Source: an uncultured Pelagibacteraceae bacterium (GTDB lineage Bacteria > Pseudomonadota > Alphaproteobacteria > Pelagibacterales > Pelagibacteraceae). Taken from it: DNA of 64,000 nt. Positions 22,479-32,288 of the stretch are shown here, in pieces. The notes under the pieces were generated by a model. That model was given only the letters and a program-made list of their open reading frames with translations, was not told the DNA's origin and searched no databases. The DNA is taken from contig CABZCD010000001.1 of assembly GCA_902524105.1 (NCBI GenBank), positions 12,733 through 76,732 of the forward strand, given 5' to 3'. Every line of letters begins with the position of its first letter. Position 1 is the stretch's first letter. The position numbers and the translations under genes were made by a program.

Positions 22479-23555
22479 ATGAATAAATTAACAAAACTAT
22501 TGTTCTCAGTAATTTCTTCAGTAGCTATTGCTACATCAGCTTTTGCTGGTGAGTTTACAGTTTCTGGTGGTGTAAAAGCTACATACACAGTATTAGGAAA
22601 TACGGGAACAACTGGTACGAATGCAATTGGTAAAGGACTTGGTATATCAAATGAGTTTTCTTTATCAGCTTCAGGCGAACTAGATAACGGTATGACATGG
22701 TCATATGCACAAGATATCGACGGTGCTACAGTACAGGACGATGCTAGCTTAGCATTCGGTACTGACTACGGTACAGTTAAAATTTGTGTATCTGAGTGTG
22801 GTCTATCAACAAAATACGCTTTTGATAACTCTGCTTATGGCGTAGGTTCTGATAATGGTTATGGTGGTGGTGCTGCTTCAGGAACAACAATGCAGTATGG
22901 TTCAAACATCAGCTCGTACAATAATGTTCAGTACCATGCTCCAGCAGACTTACTACCTTTAGGTATGACTTTCAAAGCAGGTTTAACACCAGGTGGTGCA
23001 GGTGGAAGTGCAAACGCTTCTTCTCACTCAGTAAATGGTGATGTAACTGGCGAAATGAAACAGTACGCAATAACAATGGCTCCAATCGATGGCCTAACTT
23101 TATCAGCATCATATTATGATTTTGGTGAAATGGGCAACAAAGATGGCAGACAGAAAGCAGAAGGTGGTTCTTACTCAGCTAACTATTCAATTGGTCAAAT
23201 TTCAGTAGGATATGGTGAAACAATACATGCTCCAGCTGAAAGAATGAACGCAGGTACGAAAAGTGCCGCTAAAGTTCAACACTACGAAAACGATGCATAT
23301 TCAATCGGTTTTGCAGTGAATGACAACTTATCAATTTCTTTCACTGAAGAAAATTCAGAGAAGAAAAATAAGGCAACTGGACCAACTAACACTGTAACAA
23401 GAACAGATGTAGAATTGGAAATTACAACTATTGACGTATCTTACACAGTAGGTGGAGCAACTTTAGGTATTTCTAATTCAGAAATGTCTAATGACTCTTA
23501 CACAGCTGGTGATGATACAACAGAGACAATCGTTGCATTATCTCTAGCATTCTAA
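22479..23555 (+). CDS. Major outer-membrane porin
   Basis: Signal peptide ending AFA, SGELDNG motif, Gly/Ser/Thr-rich beta pattern, C-terminal Phe; strong RBS AAGGAG; markedly higher GC and codon bias typical of a highly expressed gene. Confidence 0.9.
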   Translation: MNKLTKLLFSVISSVAIATSAFAGEFTVSGGVKATYTVLGNTGTTGTNAIGKGLGISNEFSLSASGELDNGMTWSYAQDIDGATVQDDASLAFGTDYGTVKICVSECGLSTKYAFDNSAYGVGSDNGYGGGAASGTTMQYGSNISSYNNVQYHAPADLLPLGMTFKAGLTPGGAGGSANASSHSVNGDVTGEMKQYAITMAPIDGLTLSASYYDFGEMGNKDGRQKAEGGSYSANYSIGQISVGYGETIHAPAERMNAGTKSAAKVQHYENDAYSIGFAVNDNLSISFTEENSEKKNKATGPTNTVTRTDVELEITTIDVSYTVGGATLGISNSEMSNDSYTAGDDTTETIVALSLAF

Positions 23556-23573
23556 TTAGTTAGTTAGAAAAAT

Positions 23574-24149
23574 TTAAAAAAGCCGGTTAATAAATTTAGC
23601 CGGCTTTTTTTTTATAGCTGATAAACAAGCAAAAGACTCTGATAAAACAGAATTTAATTTACATAAGTTATTCTCATTAATACCTCCGAGGGGAACTAAT
23701 TTAAACTTTTTTTCTTGTGAGATAAAATTGAACTTTTGTACCCCTAAATGACCTTTTTTATAATCATATTTAGTTTTAAAAAGCCTAGAAAATATAACAG
23801 CTTCACACCCTTGTTTTAACTTTATATTTATCTCCCTTCGATTATGAGCTGATCCGATAATTTTGTACCCTTTTTTAGAATAGATGTTTAATATTAAGCG
23901 GTTGTTATGTGCCGATATATAAAGTCCATCAGCTTTTAGTTTAACTAATAATTTAGTATTATTTGCAATGTAAAAATTAATGCCGCTTTTCTTACAATTT
24001 TTTCTGAATTTTGCAAGATCATCAATTTTTTCCTTAGAATTCTGATTTCTATAAATTATGTTAAATTTTTTCCTAATTTTAATTAAATTAAAATTGAATT
24101 CTCTAGTATTTTCTACGAATAAGTAGTATTTTTTTTTTAACACCAACAT
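23574..24149 (-). CDS. Thiamine-phosphate-synthase (ThiE/TenI)-like protein
   Basis: ADG..I, IIGSAHN..E, FS.LF.T, VPLGGIN; start placed at ATG 24149. Confidence 0.75.
   Translation of the reverse strand: MLVLKKKYYLFVENTREFNFNLIKIRKKFNIIYRNQNSKEKIDDLAKFRKNCKKSGINFYIANNTKLLVKLKADGLYISAHNNRLILNIYSKKGYKIIGSAHNRREINIKLKQGCEAVIFSRLFKTKYDYKKGHLGVQKFNFISQEKKFKLVPLGGINENNLCKLNSVLSESFACLSAIKKKPAKFINRLF
23576..23613. terminator. Bidirectional intrinsic terminator after the porin
   Basis: AAAAAAGCCGGTTAA-taaat-TTAGCCGGCTTTTTTTTT hairpin with A and T tracts. Confidence 0.88.
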
Positions 24150-24797
24150 ATGAATATAATAACCAATTTTGAGAAAATAAAACAAGAAATTAAAAATAAT
24201 TTAATGCAAAATGAACCAAACATCATTGCAGTAAGCAAAACTTTTCCAATGGATAATATAAAACCTTTAATAGATTATGGTCACAAACACTTTGGAGAAA
24301 ATAAAGTGCAAGAAGCAGAAAAAAAATGGGGAGACTTAAAAAAAACTATGAGCGATTTAAAACTACATATGGTCGGAAGATTGCAATCCAACAAAGTAAA
24401 AAAAGCTATTGAAATATTTGATTTTATTCATTCTTTAGATAGTGAAAAATTAGCCAATGAACTGAGTAAAAGACAAAAGGAAAAAAATAAAAACTTAAAT
24501 TATTTTATTCAAGTTAACCTTGGTAGTGAAGAGCAAAAAGGTGGCGTAGATATAATTGACTTAAAAAATTTTCATGATTATTGTGTAAACAAACTTAACC
24601 TATCTGTATTGGGTTTAATGGCTATACCGCCTAATGATAAAAAACCAGAAAATCATTTCAAAAAAATATCTGAATTAAACAAGCAATTAAATTATAAACA
24701 ACTTAGCATAGGTATGTCTGCCGACTACTTGCAGGCAATAAAATATGGTGCATCATACATAAGAGTCGGTAGTGCTATTTTTGGATCGAGGAACTAA
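24150..24797 (+). CDS. yggS: PLP homeostasis protein YggS
   Basis: AVSKT, FGENKVQE, HMVG.LQSNK, LS.GMS.DY, RVGSAIFG. Confidence 0.96.
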   Translation: MNIITNFEKIKQEIKNNLMQNEPNIIAVSKTFPMDNIKPLIDYGHKHFGENKVQEAEKKWGDLKKTMSDLKLHMVGRLQSNKVKKAIEIFDFIHSLDSEKLANELSKRQKEKNKNLNYFIQVNLGSEEQKGGVDIIDLKNFHDYCVNKLNLSVLGLMAIPPNDKKPENHFKKISELNKQLNYKQLSIGMSADYLQAIKYGASYIRVGSAIFGSRN

Positions 24798-25285
24798 ATT
24801 ATTTTTAAAAAAGTATTTTTATTAATAATTGAAATTAAAAGTTTTAAATCTTTTTTTGATAACGCCACACATCCTAAAGTTGGAGAGTAATCTTTTTTAG
24901 CTACATGTATAAATATTGCACTACCTCTTTTTTTTTTAATCGGTTTTTGATTATAATCAATAACAACTATAATATCGTAAATACTTTGCTTTAAAAATAA
25001 CTTCTCTGCCGAATAATTAAAAGGCAATTTTACAAATTTATTATATGACTTAGATCTAATATCATCACACCATCCAAAGTTTTTTTTTATAGGAATAAGT
25101 TTAAGTTTTGAGGAAATATTTTTAACTCTTTCTTTCCTAAAAAAAATATATTTAAATTTAAAACGACCTCTTGGCGTACATTTATCCCCCTCAATCTTTT
25201 TACCTGTAATTCCTCTTTTACCAACGGCACATTTTACCTTATAATCTTTAAAATATATAAATTTATTTTTTAATACAACATCCAT
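24794..25285 (-). CDS. L,D-transpeptidase family protein
   Basis: EGD..TP.G, WCDD, GSAIFIH...PT.GCVA (catalytic His/Cys); start placed at ATG 25285. Confidence 0.88.
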   Translation of the reverse strand: MDVVLKNKFIYFKDYKVKCAVGKRGITGKKIEGDKCTPRGRFKFKYIFFRKERVKNISSKLKLIPIKKNFGWCDDIRSKSYNKFVKLPFNYSAEKLFLKQSIYDIIVVIDYNQKPIKKKRGSAIFIHVAKKDYSPTLGCVALSKKDLKLLISIINKNTFLKII

Positions 25286-25913
25286 GACTAATAAAAAAAA
25301 TATCATTTTAGCATTTGGAAATAAAGAATTTAATAATTCTTTAATTGAATTAGTAAGTTATTTTAATTTTAATTTAAAAATACTTGATGATTTGGAAGAG
25401 GACACCTTACTGGAAAGTTGCAAGGGACTTTTAATTCACGAGGACGGGCTTAAAAATAAAAAATTAAACAATATAATTGAAAATAAAAACATTAATAAAA
25501 TAATTTTTCATTATTCGAAAAATGTTAAAGGATTTGAAAATATAGAAAAATTAGCTTTACCAACCTCAATTGAACAAATTAATAAGATTGTTGTAAACAA
25601 TGTAGTTAAAAAAGAATTTAAAACTAATTCATCCTTGAAGATAAATAATTATAAATTAGATAAAAATTTAAGGAGATTAACTCAAAATAATCTATCTTTA
25701 GAATTGACTGAAAAAGAAATAGAATTAATAGAATTACTTAAAAAAAAATCTTTCACAAAAAAAAAAGAAATTTTAACAACGATATGGAAATATTCAGATG
25801 ATGCAGATACTCATACTGTAGAAACTCACATTTATAGACTCCGAAAAAAAATAAAAGAAATATTTAATGATGAAACATTTATTAGAAGTGAAAAAAAAGG
25901 GTACACAATTTGA
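25284..25913 (+). CDS. OmpR-type winged-helix regulator with degenerate receiver domain (CenR-like by position)
   Basis: C-terminal LTEKE...W.Y....DTHTVETHIYRLRKK...GY; N-terminal receiver lacks the acidic pocket. Confidence 0.85.
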   Translation: MTNKKNIILAFGNKEFNNSLIELVSYFNFNLKILDDLEEDTLLESCKGLLIHEDGLKNKKLNNIIENKNINKIIFHYSKNVKGFENIEKLALPTSIEQINKIVVNNVVKKEFKTNSSLKINNYKLDKNLRRLTQNNLSLELTEKEIELIELLKKKSFTKKKEILTTIWKYSDDADTHTVETHIYRLRKKIKEIFNDETFIRSEKKGYTI

Positions 25914-26032
25914 AAAAAAGAAATAAATTTGCAAAAGACTTGATGTCGCCAAAATACCGATCAAGAATCGTTAAACCAAAAAAGGGTAAAGGAAGTTTTA
26001 AAAGAAAAAAGAAAAATAAATATTTAGAATAA
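25910..26032 (+). CDS. arfA: Alternative ribosome-rescue factor ArfA-like small protein (40 aa; not in ORF track)
   Basis: TTG start overlapping the upstream stop; MKKRNKFAKDLMSPKYRSRIVKPKKGKGSFKRKKKNKYLE* carries the ArfA KKGKGS(Y/F)xR motif. Confidence 0.75.
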   Translation: MKKRNKFAKDLMSPKYRSRIVKPKKGKGSFKRKKKNKYLE

Positions 26033-26051
26033 ATTTTAGAAAAGTAAAAAA

Positions 26052-26978
26052 CTAAAATCTCGCTCCAACTTGTTGAATAATTTTACAGGATAGTTCTGTC
26101 CCTTTTTTTAAACTCTCTTTCAATGTCAATTTGTTGACATATCCATGCAGAAAACCTGCAGCAAATAAATCTCCTGCACCTGTCAAATCAACGATACTTA
26201 GATTTTTTTTAGTATCGCATTCTACAATCTCATCATTTTGAATAGCAACTGCACCTTTCTCACCTCGAGTTATCACTATGAGTCTTTTTATCTTTTGAGC
26301 AAATGAAACGGCTTCTTTAAAATTGTTTGTTCCTATTAAAGCCATGATTTCTTGTTCGTTTGCAAAAGTTATATTGAGTTTATTTTGAACTAAGTCTAAA
26401 AAGTAATCTTTATGTCTTTCAACGCAAAATAAATCAGACAGAGATATAGCAGATTGTTTAGAACAAATTATTGCTTTATTAAATGCTTTTTGAGGACCCC
26501 CTTTGTCCCATAAATATCCTTCAAGAAAAGTAATTTCACTTTTTTTTACTATTTCTTCATCAATATCATTTTCACTTATTTTTCCTGCTGTTCCTAAAAA
26601 AGTACACATGGTTCGCTCTGAGTCTGGAGTTATTAAAATTAAACAAGTACCAGTTGGTATTTTTTCAGATTTAATTTTATAGTGAAACTTAACCTTTTCT
26701 TTCTGGAGTCCTTCAAAATATTTTCTTCCTAAATCATCATCATTTACTTTGCCAATGAAACCAACTTCATTACCTAATTGAGATAGACCAACAATAGAAT
26801 TAGCTACCGAACCTCCAGAAATAGTTTTTTCAATTTTTAAATTTTCTAGAAGTTTTTTAAACTCATTCTCATCGACAAGTTTCATTGTACTTTTAGTAAG
26901 TCCATTGTTACTTAAGAAGTCGTCATCTATTTTGCAGATAACATCTACAATTGCGTTTCCTATGCCTAGAACTTTCAT
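26052..26978 (-). CDS. Adenosine kinase / PfkB family carbohydrate kinase
   Basis: GIGNAIVD, GGSVANS, ERTMCTFLG, DLTGAGD.FAAG. Confidence 0.92.
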   Translation of the reverse strand: MKVLGIGNAIVDVICKIDDDFLSNNGLTKSTMKLVDENEFKKLLENLKIEKTISGGSVANSIVGLSQLGNEVGFIGKVNDDDLGRKYFEGLQKEKVKFHYKIKSEKIPTGTCLILITPDSERTMCTFLGTAGKISENDIDEEIVKKSEITFLEGYLWDKGGPQKAFNKAIICSKQSAISLSDLFCVERHKDYFLDLVQNKLNITFANEQEIMALIGTNNFKEAVSFAQKIKRLIVITRGEKGAVAIQNDEIVECDTKKNLSIVDLTGAGDLFAAGFLHGYVNKLTLKESLKKGTELSCKIIQQVGARF

Positions 26979-26979
26979 A

Positions 26980-27633
26980 TTAAGCTTTTTTTGTGATAAA
27001 TTTCTTTTTTCTATTTGGGTAACAGCTTTTACAAATTTTGCAAGTTAAACCAAAGCAGTCTCTTGCTTTACAATACTCTCTGCCGTACCAGATAATTTGA
27101 AGATGAAGTTTATTCCAGTTTTTCTTAGGAAATATCAATTTTAAATCTTTTTCAGTTTGTAAAACGTTTTTTCCATTAGTTAACCCCCATCTCTGGGCTA
27201 ACCGATGAATATGAGTATCCACAGGAAATGCAGGGTAACCAAAACCCTGGGACATTACAACGCTCGCTGTTTTATGCCCAACCCCAGGCAACTGCTCTAA
27301 TTCCTCGTAAGTATTTGGTACTTTACATTTATATTTTTCAACCAAAGTTTTTGAGAGATAATAAATGCTTTTAGCTTTAATCCTAAAAATACCAATTTTT
27401 CTAATTAATTTTTCTATTTTTTTTCTCCCTAGTTTTACAAAATGTTTTGGGTGATTGTATCTTGGATAAATATTCTTAGTTACATTGTTAACATTTACAT
27501 CAGTACATTGCGCTGAAAGCAGAACAGAAACAAGTAAAGTAAAAGTATTTTTGTAATTTAAGGGAATAGGAACCTTAGAGTAGGTATTATTTAATATTCT
27601 TTGAATAATTTTAGATTTCTTTTTTTTATTCAC
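26980..27633 (-). CDS. nth: Endonuclease III
   Basis: LLSAQCTD..VN, HhH LPGVGHKTA, VDTHIHR, C-terminal Cys cluster. Confidence 0.94.
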   Translation of the reverse strand: MNKKKKSKIIQRILNNTYSKVPIPLNYKNTFTLLVSVLLSAQCTDVNVNNVTKNIYPRYNHPKHFVKLGRKKIEKLIRKIGIFRIKAKSIYYLSKTLVEKYKCKVPNTYEELEQLPGVGHKTASVVMSQGFGYPAFPVDTHIHRLAQRWGLTNGKNVLQTEKDLKLIFPKKNWNKLHLQIIWYGREYCKARDCFGLTCKICKSCYPNRKKKFITKKA

Positions 27634-28406
27634 TTAAAGTTTAATAAATCTCTCATCGAATATAGACCAGCTTTTTTTTTCATTAACCACTTACACGCAG
27701 ACAATGCGCCCTCAGAATATAAAGCTCTATCAAAAGACTCGTGATTTAAAGTTACTGTTTCTTTTCCACTTGAAAATCTCACTTCATGTTCTCCAATAAC
27801 ATTACCTTTTCGGATTGAGTTGAAATTTATCTTTTTACCATAAGGAAACGTTTTTTTATTTAAATATTTTTTTCCTATTAAATCATAAAGGTTTTTATTT
27901 TTTCCATCAGCTATACCCTTTCCCAACATTAAAGCTGTTCCAGAGGGGTGGTCTTTTTTGTATTTATGATGAACCTCGTATACTTTTGTTAGAAAATTTT
28001 TACTTAAGGATTTAGAGGCAATTTCCGTCAAGTACATTAGAAGATTAACACCTAAACTCATATTTCCAGCTTTCAGGATTGGTATTTTCCTTGAAAATTT
28101 TTTTATCAAATTTTCCTCTCTTTTTGAAAAACCAGTAGTTCCAATAACTACTCTTTTTCCAAGTTTCGAAGCAATTTTTAAAACTTGCAAAGTACATTTC
28201 GGTACCGTGAAGTCTACAATTACATTTGCTTTTTTAAATGCGTTTACATTGTTTAATTCAAGCTTAAGACCAGAAATTTTTTTTCTGATTATTCTGCTTT
28301 CTGTTAAAGCAACTATTTTAAAATCTTTTTTACTTTTTGAAGATTTTATAAGATGTTGTCCCATTCTTCCTAAACAACCAGTTATAGCTAAATTGATTTT
28401 TTTCAT
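27630..28406 (-). CDS. dapB: 4-hydroxy-tetrahydrodipicolinate reductase
   Basis: GCLGRMG, VIGTTG, EVHH..KKD.PSGTA. Confidence 0.96.
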   Translation of the reverse strand: MKKINLAITGCLGRMGQHLIKSSKSKKDFKIVALTESRIIRKKISGLKLELNNVNAFKKANVIVDFTVPKCTLQVLKIASKLGKRVVIGTTGFSKREENLIKKFSRKIPILKAGNMSLGVNLLMYLTEIASKSLSKNFLTKVYEVHHKYKKDHPSGTALMLGKGIADGKNKNLYDLIGKKYLNKKTFPYGKKINFNSIRKGNVIGEHEVRFSSGKETVTLNHESFDRALYSEGALSACKWLMKKKAGLYSMRDLLNFK

Positions 28407-28573
28407 TATATAAATAGATTAATAATTACAATAATAATTAGCACAATTATAGTCCAAATAAAGAGATTTTGAATTAATTGTTTTCGTTTTCTGTTGGTAT
28501 TTAAAAATGATGGAAGAACCAAAAATAATACTGCTAAAAGAAAGACAGCAGACATAATTTCATGCATGATCAT
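28406..28573 (-). CDS. Small two-TM membrane protein (55 aa; not in ORF track)
   Basis: MIMHEIMSAVFLLAVLFLVLPSFLNTNRKRKQLIQNLFIWTIIVLIIIVIINLFI*; fills the dnaJ-dapB gap, and its TAA overlaps the dapB ATG (TAATG). Confidence 0.75.
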   Translation of the reverse strand: MIMHEIMSAVFLLAVLFLVLPSFLNTNRKRKQLIQNLFIWTIIVLIIIVIINLFI

Positions 28574-28579
28574 AAATCT

Positions 28580-29707
28580 TTATGAGTTTTTCCAAAATTT
28601 TTTTGCTTTTTCAAAAAAGCTTTTTATAATTGGACTTGATTTTTCTGACTCAATTTTTCTAAACTCTTTTAACAGCTCTTTTTGTTTTGAATTTAAATCT
28701 GAAGGGACCTCTGTTATAATTTTAATGTATAAATCACCGAAACCATTTCCTCTAAGAAATGGCATACCTTTGCCCTTAAGTCTTAATTGTTTTCCATGTT
28801 GTGTTCCAGCAGGAATTTTAATTTTTGATCTACCACCATCTATAGAAGGTACTTCCACTGAAGTTCCTAGAGCTGCATCAGTAAAAGTTATTGGGAGTTC
28901 GAAATACAAATGTTCATCTGATCTATTAAAAATACTATGATTATCAACTGATACAAATAAATATAAATCTCCTGTGGATCCTCCTTTACTTCCTGCCTCT
29001 CCCTTGCCAGAGACTCTTATTCTTGTCCCATCATCAACACCTTTGGGAACTTTGACTGAGACACTTTCTTTACTTTGAATTTTGCCGTTACCACCGCACT
29101 GTTTACAAGGATTACTAATTGTTTCTCCATACCCACCGCACTCGGGACAAGTTTGTTGAATTGTAAAAAATCCTTGATTTGATCTTACTTTTCCTCTTCC
29201 GCTACAATATTTACATGTCACAGGTTTAGAACCAGGCTCAGATCCTTGTCCTGTACATCTTGAACATTTTTTGTATGTTGTATAATTTACTTTTTTATTT
29301 AATCCTGAATAGGCTTCTTCCATGCTTATCGATACATCATATCTTAAATCATTGCCTCTGTTAGATGATCTTCTTCCAGATCTTCTACTTCCACCGAATA
29401 CATCATCACCAAAAAAATCTTCAAATATATCAGAAAACGAAGATCCAAAGTCAAAATTACCAAATCCCTGACCACTTCCTCCATCAAAAGCTGCATGACC
29501 GAACTGATCGTAATTTGTCTTTCTTTTATCGTCAGATAACACGTGATAGGCTTCACTTGCCTCTTTAAACTTATCTTCAGATACTTTATCCCCTTTATTT
29601 TTATCTGGATGGTATTTTAGGGCTAATTTGCGATAAGCTTTTTTAATTTCATCCTTGGAAGCGGATTTAGATACACCTAAGATTTCATAATAATCTCTTT
29701 TTGCCAC
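28580..29707 (-). CDS. dnaJ: Chaperone DnaJ
   Basis: J-domain HPD, G/F region, four CxxCxGxG motifs. Confidence 0.98.
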   Translation of the reverse strand: MAKRDYYEILGVSKSASKDEIKKAYRKLALKYHPDKNKGDKVSEDKFKEASEAYHVLSDDKRKTNYDQFGHAAFDGGSGQGFGNFDFGSSFSDIFEDFFGDDVFGGSRRSGRRSSNRGNDLRYDVSISMEEAYSGLNKKVNYTTYKKCSRCTGQGSEPGSKPVTCKYCSGRGKVRSNQGFFTIQQTCPECGGYGETISNPCKQCGGNGKIQSKESVSVKVPKGVDDGTRIRVSGKGEAGSKGGSTGDLYLFVSVDNHSIFNRSDEHLYFELPITFTDAALGTSVEVPSIDGGRSKIKIPAGTQHGKQLRLKGKGMPFLRGNGFGDLYIKIITEVPSDLNSKQKELLKEFRKIESEKSSPIIKSFFEKAKKFWKNS

Positions 29708-29730
29708 AAGAAATCGCTCCTTTTTTTATC

Positions 29731-31656
29731 TTAGGCGCTTTTTTCTTTATCTTCTTTTACGTCTTCGAAGTCAGCGTCAACAACATTTTCTTTGTCGTTA
29801 CCTTTGTCATTAGGATCTTTATTATTTTTATCATCTTTAGGCTGATTTTTTTGTTGGCTCTTATAAATAGCTTCACCGAGTTTCATTGAAACTTGTATAA
29901 GGCTTTGAGTTTTTTTCTTTATATCCTCTGTGTCTGCCCCCTTTAAAGCTTCTTTAAGATCCGTAACACCAGCTTCAATAGCTTTTTTTTCTTCAGCTGA
30001 GACTTTATCACCATGTTCTTTTAAGCTCTTTTCAGTTGAGAAAACTATGCTATCAGCTTGATTTCTTGCATCAACACCATCTCTTTTTTTCTTATCGGCC
30101 TCTTTGTTTGCTTCTGCATCTTTGACCATTTTATTTATTTCTTCCTCAGATAATCCACCTGAAGCTTGAATTTGTATTTTTTGCTCTTTTCCAGTACCTT
30201 TATCTTTAGCAGAAACACTTACGATACCGTTTGCATCTATATCAAAAGTTACTTCAATTTGAGGAGTTCCTCTAGCGGCTGGGGGTATGCCAACTAATTC
30301 AAAATTTCCTAAAAGCTTATTGTCAGCTGCCATTTCTCTTTCACCTTGCAATACCCTTATAGATACCGCGGGTTGATTGTCCTCTGCAGTAGAAAATACT
30401 TGGCTTTTCTTTGTAGGAATTGTCGTATTTTTATCAATAAGTTTTGTAGAGACGCCTCCTAAAGTTTCTATTCCTAAAGATAAAGGCGTTACATCTAAAA
30501 GTAGGACGTCTTTCACATCACCCTGAAGGACGCCAGCTTGAATAGCTGCACCCATTGCAACAACCTCGTCTGGATTTACACTTTTGTTAGGTTCTTTTCC
30601 AAAAAAGTTTTTAACTGTCTCGATAATTTTAGGCATCCTAGTCATTCCGCCGACCAAAACGACTTCATTAATTTCTGCAGCAGAAAAACCAGAGTCTTTC
30701 AAAGCTGTTTTACATGGACTTAAGGTCCTTTCGATTAAAGCTTGAACTAAAGCTTCTAATTTTGCTCTAGTAAATTTTAGATTTAAATGTTTTGGACCTG
30801 ACTTATCAGCTGTGATAAAAGGTAAATTAATTTCAGTTTGTGTCGCTGATGAAAGTTCAATTTTTGCTTTCTCAGCTGCCTCTTTCAATCTTTGTAAAGC
30901 AAGCTTATCTGATTTTAAATCAATCCCATTATCTTTTTTGAATTCATTAACTAAATATTCAACAATTGTATCATCAAAATCTTCACCACCTAAAAAAGTA
31001 TCTCCATTTGTAGACTTAACTTCAAATACACCATCACCAATTTCTAAAATTGAAACATCAAACGTACCACCGCCTAAATCATAAACTGCTATTTTTTTTC
31101 CACCTTTTTTATCTAGACCATAAGCCAATGAAGCAGCTGTTGGTTCATTTATAATCCTTAACACTTCTAAACCTGCAATTTTACCAGCATCTTTTGTTGC
31201 TTGTCTTTGAGAGTCATTAAAGTAAGCAGGAACAGTTATTACTGCCTTTGTAACTGCCTGACCTAAATATTTTTCAGCTGTCTCCTTCATTTTCTGTAGA
31301 ACAAATGCCGAAATTTGAGCCGGAGAATATTTTTTGCCTTTACCCTCTACCCATGCATCGCCGTTCTCAGATTTAACTATTTTATAAGGAACTTTAGAAA
31401 TATCTTTTTGAACTGACGGTCCATCAAACTTTCTTCCAATCAATCTCTTGACAGCGAAAATAGTGTCCTCTGGATTTGTTACTGCCTGTCTTTTTGCAGG
31501 CTGTCCGACTAGTTTTTCCTCTTTTTCTAAAAAAGCTACTACAGAAGGTGTGGTTCTTGCCCCTTCAGCATTCTCTAAAACTTTAGCTTGCGTACCATCC
31601 ATTATTGCTACACAAGAATTTGTTGTTCCTAAATCTATTCCTATAACTCTACTCAT
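29731..31656 (-). CDS. dnaK: Chaperone DnaK
   Basis: [25 protein letters not shown]. Confidence 0.99.
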   Translation of the reverse strand: MSRVIGIDLGTTNSCVAIMDGTQAKVLENAEGARTTPSVVAFLEKEEKLVGQPAKRQAVTNPEDTIFAVKRLIGRKFDGPSVQKDISKVPYKIVKSENGDAWVEGKGKKYSPAQISAFVLQKMKETAEKYLGQAVTKAVITVPAYFNDSQRQATKDAGKIAGLEVLRIINEPTAASLAYGLDKKGGKKIAVYDLGGGTFDVSILEIGDGVFEVKSTNGDTFLGGEDFDDTIVEYLVNEFKKDNGIDLKSDKLALQRLKEAAEKAKIELSSATQTEINLPFITADKSGPKHLNLKFTRAKLEALVQALIERTLSPCKTALKDSGFSAAEINEVVLVGGMTRMPKIIETVKNFFGKEPNKSVNPDEVVAMGAAIQAGVLQGDVKDVLLLDVTPLSLGIETLGGVSTKLIDKNTTIPTKKSQVFSTAEDNQPAVSIRVLQGEREMAADNKLLGNFELVGIPPAARGTPQIEVTFDIDANGIVSVSAKDKGTGKEQKIQIQASGGLSEEEINKMVKDAEANKEADKKKRDGVDARNQADSIVFSTEKSLKEHGDKVSAEEKKAIEAGVTDLKEALKGADTEDIKKKTQSLIQVSMKLGEAIYKSQQKNQPKDDKNNKDPNDKGNDKENVVDADFEDVKEDKEKSA

Positions 31657-31679
31657 ATTTTCCTTTGTTTACAGTTCCT

Positions 31680-31707
31680 ATATGGGGTTTAAATCTAATT
31701 CTACAAG
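31680..31707 (-). promoter_or_regulatory. Sigma32 (RpoH) promoter for dnaK-dnaJ
   Basis: Minus strand CTTGTA-N14-CCCCATAT, a near-consensus heat-shock promoter; AAGGA RBS downstream. Confidence 0.82.
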
Positions 31708-31715
31708 GCGTTTTT

Positions 31716-32288
31716 TTATTTATTTTTCTCATTATTTTCACCTTTTTTCTTCGAAATTCCTACAAAAGAGGGTCTCAATAATCTTTCACCAAACATAAAT
31801 CCAGGTTGAATTTCTTGAATAATAGTGCCCGCTTCAGTTTTATCATCTTCTATTTCTAACATCGCTTGATGAAAATTCGGATCGAACATTTTATTTAAAC
31901 AGTTAATTTTGGTAATTTTATTCTTTTCAAAAGTAGAAATTAAATCTTTTTCAATTATCTCTAAATTTTTGAAGAATTTTTCAAACTCTTTGCTTTTCTT
32001 TAAAATCTCATCTTCTTGAATCGATTTTTTTGCTCTCTCTAGATTGTCTAATATAGCCAACATCTCCCTCGCAAAATTGAAACCACCAAAATCAAAAGCA
32101 TCTTTAATTTCTTTTTCAAACCTTCTCCTTTGATTTTCTGAGTCAGCAAGAGCTCTTAAGAGTTTTTCTTCAGAAACTTTAAGCTTTTCTTCGGCAGAAG
32201 GTTCAATTTTTTGCTCACTAACCTCTTCTTCAGTTGAAGACTTTTTTTCTTCATTATTTAAATTTATGTCTTTGTTAGATTTGCTCAT
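31716..32288 (-). CDS. grpE: Nucleotide exchange factor GrpE
   Basis: LRALADSENQRRR, DNLERA, FDPNFHQA, GF...RLLRP. Confidence 0.96.
   Translation of the reverse strand: MSKSNKDINLNNEEKKSSTEEEVSEQKIEPSAEEKLKVSEEKLLRALADSENQRRRFEKEIKDAFDFGGFNFAREMLAILDNLERAKKSIQEDEILKKSKEFEKFFKNLEIIEKDLISTFEKNKITKINCLNKMFDPNFHQAMLEIEDDKTEAGTIIQEIQPGFMFGERLLRPSFVGISKKKGENNEKNK

Noticed and set aside
22479-23555. Higher GC of the porin gene as a sign of horizontal transfer
   Set aside because: Explained by Gly/Ala/Thr/Ser-rich composition and high-expression codon bias; the gene sits in its usual leuS/DUF3576/yggS context
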